A stretch of 10,737 bases of DNA, from assembly GCA_036351155.1 (NCBI GenBank), contig JAZBOO010000362.1, positions 1 through 10,737 on the forward strand, given 5' to 3'. The translations under genes and the position numbers were made by a program. The first letter of the stretch is position 1, and every line of letters begins with the position of its first letter. A model generated the notes under the pieces. It did no database searches. It was given only the letters and a program-made list of their open reading frames with translations, and was not told the origin of the DNA. This document shows, in pieces, positions 7,416 to 10,737 of this stretch. Source of the DNA: Candidatus Krumholzibacteriia bacterium (GTDB lineage Bacteria; Krumholzibacteriota; Krumholzibacteriia; LZORAL124-64-63).

Positions 7416-7477
7416 TGTACATTTTGTGGATTGTCGGCGTGGTAAGGTCTATTATTGCCGCCTGCACCCTGAGTGCA
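7416..7477 (+). promoter_or_regulatory. Putative promoter/operator region for DUF4321-tatA-mrfAB
   Basis: AT-richer intergenic stretch with -10-like elements TGGTAAGGT (7440-7448, extended -10 form) and TATTAT (7450-7455), flanked by two related palindromic boxes (7416-7430, 7463-7477). There is no good -35 at canonical spacing. Confidence 0.4.
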
Positions 7478-7521
7478 CTGGCTCTGGAAAGTCACCCTAA
7501 CGCTAACCCAAAGGTTGGTTG

Positions 7522-7785
7522 ATGCGTAAATCCATGGGAACGGTGGTACTGACCCTCTTGCTGGGCGTGATGATCGGCGCCGCCATGGGCGAAGTTATCG
7601 GCTTGTTTCTGCCCGAGGGCAGCATGGCTGAAAGCCTGTTCGTGACGTTTCATGACATGGGGCCCGAGGTGGTCACCATCGATCTGGTGATCCTGGAATT
7701 GACGTTCGGCTTCAAGATCCATTTCAATCTGATGAGCGTCATCGGGGTGTTCATCGCCTCACAGATGCTGCGCTGGTACCGTTAG
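7522..7785 (+). CDS. Small integral membrane protein, DUF4321-like
   Basis: 87 aa from ATG 7522 (SD AAGGT at 7511-7515). Hydrophobic LLLGVMIGAAMGEVIG..LPEG and IDL.ILELTFGF.I.FNL.SVIG, a pattern I recognise as DUF4321. Confidence 0.75.
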   Translation: MRKSMGTVVLTLLLGVMIGAAMGEVIGLFLPEGSMAESLFVTFHDMGPEVVTIDLVILELTFGFKIHFNLMSVIGVFIASQMLRWYR

Positions 7786-7798
7786 GAAGGACGTTGAG

Positions 7799-8062
7799 AT
7801 GCTGACCTCCCTCGCTATCATTCCCGGCATGGCCGGTTGGTCCGAACTGTTGCTGATCCTGGGGCTGGCCTTGCTTCTGTTCGGGCCGCGCCGTTTACCC
7901 GAGATCGCCGAGGCCATGGGCAAGTCGATCCGCAAGTTCAAATCCGCCACCCGAGACGCCACGAGTGAGGTGCAGCGGGAACTGGATGACGCCAAGAAGG
8001 CCATGCACGAGGACGACCCCGAGCCCGAGTCCAAGGACAACGGAAAAAGCAGTTCCAGCTGA
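7799..8062 (+). CDS. tatA: Twin-arginine translocase TatA/E subunit
   Basis: G.SELLLIL..ALLLFGPRRLPEIA..MGKSIR.FK.A (TM helix, FG hinge, amphipathic helix) and a charged tail. AAGGA upstream. Confidence 0.93.
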   Translation: MLTSLAIIPGMAGWSELLLILGLALLLFGPRRLPEIAEAMGKSIRKFKSATRDATSEVQRELDDAKKAMHEDDPEPESKDNGKSSSS

Positions 8063-8113
8063 ACCCGGTGAGGGCGCCAGGCCAGGAGCCGCGATGATTG
8101 GCAGGAGGCCGAC

Positions 8114-10408
8114 ATGAACCTGGTTCAGCTGTTGCAACAGCTCCGGAGCGACGAGAAATTCTTGAGGCATGTCACGCGCTGGGAAGTGATTCCTCCGGAA
8201 GACGGGACCTACACTTCCTATCCCCAAAATCTGGATCCGCGGTTGGTCGATGTCCTGCGCAAGCGGGGCATCGATCGTTTGTATTCCCATCAGGCGGAAG
8301 CGGTGGACCTGGCGGCCCAGGGTCAGTCATTCGTGGTGCCCACACCCACGGCCAGCGGCAAGACCCTGTGCTACAACCTTCCTGTTTTGAACACCATGCT
8401 GGCCAATCCCCAGGCCCGAGCTCTTTACCTGTTTCCCACCAAGGCGCTCAGCCAGGACCAGATGCACGAGGTCCACTCGCTGGTCACCGACCTGGGAGTG
8501 GATATCAAGACCTTCACCTTCGACGGGGATACTCCGGAAACGGCACGCAAGGCCATCCGCAGCAGCGGACACATCGTGGTGACCAACCCGGACATGCTGC
8601 ATCAGGGCGTGCTGCCTCACCATACTCTCTGGGTGAAACTCTTCGAGAACCTGAAGTACGTGGTGGTGGACGAGGTGCACCAGTACCGCGGGGTGTTCGG
8701 TAGCCACGTGGCCAACGTGCTGCGCCGGTTGCAACGGGTGGCCCGGTTCTACGGGGCCGATCCCCAGTTCATCTGCTGCTCGGCGACCATTGCCAATCCA
8801 CGGGAGCTGGCCGGGCGCCTGGTCGGCCGTGAGGTGGCGGAGATTTCCCGCAATGGAGCACCGCGTGGTGAAAAGCATTTCATCTTCTACAACCCCCCGG
8901 TGGTGAACCCCGAGCTGGGCATCCGGCAGTCGGTGGTCAAGACCACCCGGCGCATTGCCGAGCAGTTCATGGGCAGCGGGGCGCAGATGATCGTTTTTGC
9001 CCGCAGCCGCATGCGAGTGGAACTGTTGCTGACCTACCTGGAGAAGGCGGGCCGACGGGTGGGCATCAAGAGCGGCGAGGTCCGGGGGTACCGCGGGGGC
9101 TATCTGCCCAACGAGCGCCGTGCCATCGAAAGCGGATTGCGCACCGGTGATGTCAAGACGGTGGTGTCCACCAATGCCCTGGAACTGGGCATCGACATCG
9201 GGCGGCTGGATGTCTGCATCATGGCCGGATACGCGGGCACGGTGGCCAGCACCTGGCAGCAGGCCGGTCGCGCGGGACGGCGCCAGAACTTGAGCGCGGT
9301 GGTCCTGGTGGCCAGCAGCAACCCGGCCGATCAGTACATCATCAACAATCCCGACTACTTTCTGGGGCGCAGCCCCGAGCACGCCACCCTGGACCCGGAC
9401 AACCTGGTCATCCTGATGAGCCACCTGAAATGTGCCGCCTTCGAGCTGCCCTTCCTGGCCGATGAGGAGTACGGGGGGACACGGGTGACCGAGATCCTCG
9501 ACTACCTGGCCGAGCAGGGTGTTCTGCACAGGGGGCCCGACCGTTACCACTGGATGGCCGACACTTACCCGGCGGAAGATGTCAGTCTGCGCAGCGCGGC
9601 TCCGGACAACGTGGTGATCATCGATCAGTCGATTCCGGGAGGACGGATCATCGGCGAGATGGACCTGTTCAGCGCCCAGGAGATGCTGCACGACGATGCC
9701 CTGTACATTCATGGCGCCCAGCAGTACCACGTGGACAAGCTGGACTGGGATCGCCGCGAAGCCCATGTGCAGCCCGTGAAGGTGAACTACTACACCGACG
9801 CCCAGCGGAAGAGTGAGCTGAAAACTCTGACCGCCGATGAGGAGCGGCCCCTGCGGCACGGCCTTCTGGCCGTGGGCGAAGTGGGGCTGGTGTCCAAGGT
9901 CACGGTGTACAAGAAAATCAAGCTGGGCACTCACGAGAACGTGGGCGCCGGTCGCGTTCATTTGCCCGAAATGGAAATGCACACCACCAGTTTCTGGTGG
10001 GAAATTCCCGACACCCTCGTGGAGGAGATGGCGAACGCGGGCCTGGACCTGGGCGATGCCCTGAAGGGTCTGGCTCACCTTCTGGGGCGGGTGGCCCCGG
10101 TGTTCATCATGTCCGATCCCGGTGATCTGCATGCCACGGCCATGGTGCGGTCGCCGTTCACCGGTCAGCCCACCCTGTATCTGTATGACGCCTTTCCCGG
10201 CGGAGTGGGTTTTGCTCGCCGCATCTACGATCAGTTCGAGGAGATCTGTGCCTCGGCCCGCAAGCACCTGGGGATCTGTCCCTGTCCGCAGGGATGTCCC
10301 AGCTGCACAGGCCCGGGTACCGAAAGCGGAAGCACGGCCCGTGACGGGGCGGCCTGGTTGCTGTCCCGTGTACTGCCGGCCGAGGCGGACATCGCTGCGG
10401 GCGGTTGA
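8114..10408 (+). CDS. mrfA: SF2 DEXH-box helicase with C-terminal DUF1998 (MrfA/YprA, SftH/Hrq1-like)
   Basis: 764 aa. LYSHQ (Q motif), PTASGKT, FPTKAL, TNPDMLH, VVVDEVH, SATIANP, YRGGY, STNALELGIDIG, QQAGRAGR, LYD.FPGG.G and the four-Cys cluster CPCPQGCPSC (10277-10306). SD AGGAGG at 8104-8109. Confidence 0.9.
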   Translation: MNLVQLLQQLRSDEKFLRHVTRWEVIPPEDGTYTSYPQNLDPRLVDVLRKRGIDRLYSHQAEAVDLAAQGQSFVVPTPTASGKTLCYNLPVLNTMLANPQARALYLFPTKALSQDQMHEVHSLVTDLGVDIKTFTFDGDTPETARKAIRSSGHIVVTNPDMLHQGVLPHHTLWVKLFENLKYVVVDEVHQYRGVFGSHVANVLRRLQRVARFYGADPQFICCSATIANPRELAGRLVGREVAEISRNGAPRGEKHFIFYNPPVVNPELGIRQSVVKTTRRIAEQFMGSGAQMIVFARSRMRVELLLTYLEKAGRRVGIKSGEVRGYRGGYLPNERRAIESGLRTGDVKTVVSTNALELGIDIGRLDVCIMAGYAGTVASTWQQAGRAGRRQNLSAVVLVASSNPADQYIINNPDYFLGRSPEHATLDPDNLVILMSHLKCAAFELPFLADEEYGGTRVTEILDYLAEQGVLHRGPDRYHWMADTYPAEDVSLRSAAPDNVVIIDQSIPGGRIIGEMDLFSAQEMLHDDALYIHGAQQYHVDKLDWDRREAHVQPVKVNYYTDAQRKSELKTLTADEERPLRHGLLAVGEVGLVSKVTVYKKIKLGTHENVGAGRVHLPEMEMHTTSFWWEIPDTLVEEMANAGLDLGDALKGLAHLLGRVAPVFIMSDPGDLHATAMVRSPFTGQPTLYLYDAFPGGVGFARRIYDQFEEICASARKHLGICPCPQGCPSCTGPGTESGSTARDGAAWLLSRVLPAEADIAAGG

Positions 10409-10410
10409 TC

Positions 10411-10737
10411 ATGGACCTCAAGAAACGGCTGGCCAACCTGGACCGCCTGACCCGTCGTCCAGAAACGGCCGCCCCCCCCCATCCGGTCACCGGCGTGGAT
10501 CCGCGTACTCTGGCCACCGGGCCGCTGGGCCTGGAAATGGTGGACCATCCCGCCGGTCCCTGTTACCTGCGTGAAGTTCGTGACCCGGTGCAGGCTCCAC
10601 GATGGCCTCTACCCGACCTCTCGGGTTTTTTCACCGTCCCGGGCCCGGGAAACCTGACGGTCCAGGACATCCTGTTCCTGGACACCGAAACCACGGGGCT
10701 GATGGGGGGAACGGGGACCCTGGCCTTCCTGGTGGGG
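10411..10737 (+). CDS. mrfB: RNase H-like DEDD 3'-5' exonuclease (MrfB/YprB, RNase_H_2), 3'-partial
   Basis: My translation from ATG 10411, 2 nt after the helicase stop, is MDLKKRLANLDRL...ILFLDTETTGLMGGTGTLAFLVG, open to the window end. FLDTETTGL.GG.GT.AFLVG is the YprB ExoI signature. It is not in the ORF track because it has no stop in the window. Confidence 0.88.
   Translation, partial: MDLKKRLANLDRLTRRPETAAPPHPVTGVDPRTLATGPLGLEMVDHPAGPCYLREVRDPVQAPRWPLPDLSGFFTVPGPGNLTVQDILFLDTETTGLMGGTGTLAFLVG

Noticed and set aside
7440..7477. Sigma-54 promoter with NtrC site
   Set aside because: No GG-N10-GC spacing is present around the TGG/TTGC elements, and the TGCAC/GTGCA spacer is 5 rather than 7.
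7495..7512. CCCTAA-CGCTAA-CCCAAA, resembling telomeric hexamers
   Set aside because: Only three degenerate units in a bacterial 5' leader, which is compatible with chance.
7412..7521. Riboswitch or ncRNA in the largest intergenic region
   Set aside because: I recognise no known aptamer consensus and see only short hairpins; an Rfam/Infernal search would be needed to exclude it fully.
8327..10267. 646-aa minus-strand ORF
   Set aside because: It lies wholly antisense to the well-supported helicase, in the codon-mirrored frame, with no domain signatures.
8114..10408. DUF1998 helicase as an anti-phage system (DISARM DrmAB, Druantia, Dpd)
   Set aside because: It is a single ~760-aa MrfA-type protein followed by a YprB-type nuclease in housekeeping context. 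No methylase, PLD nuclease or other defence genes are visible in the window.

Overview
GC-rich bacterial chromosomal window with every credible gene on the + strand, and mostly housekeeping content. It holds the 3' part of a TPR protein gene and an intrinsic terminator. Next is a tightly packed, largely translationally coupled operon: a DapL-type class I PLP aminotransferase, folB, folK, a Dgk-like deoxynucleoside kinase, panB, panC, a stand-alone GlmU-type uridyltransferase lacking the acetyltransferase domain, a HIT protein and a membrane-anchored LytR_C protein. A 110-bp AT-richer intergenic region then precedes a second probable unit: a DUF4321 membrane protein, tatA, a DEXH/DUF1998 helicase (MrfA/YprA-like) and the 5' part of a DEDD exonuclease (MrfB/YprB-like) that is absent from the supplied ORF track. 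I found no mobile element, CRISPR array or RNA gene, and no convincing novel multi-gene system. The best leads are a pair of TG(Y)AC-N5-GTG(S)A palindromic boxes flanking the putative promoter of the mrfAB-containing unit, the half-GlmU, the kinase and aminotransferase embedded in a folate/pantothenate operon without panD/panE, and possible disulfide-stapled TPR repeats. All family assignments come from recognising motifs by eye, not from database searches.
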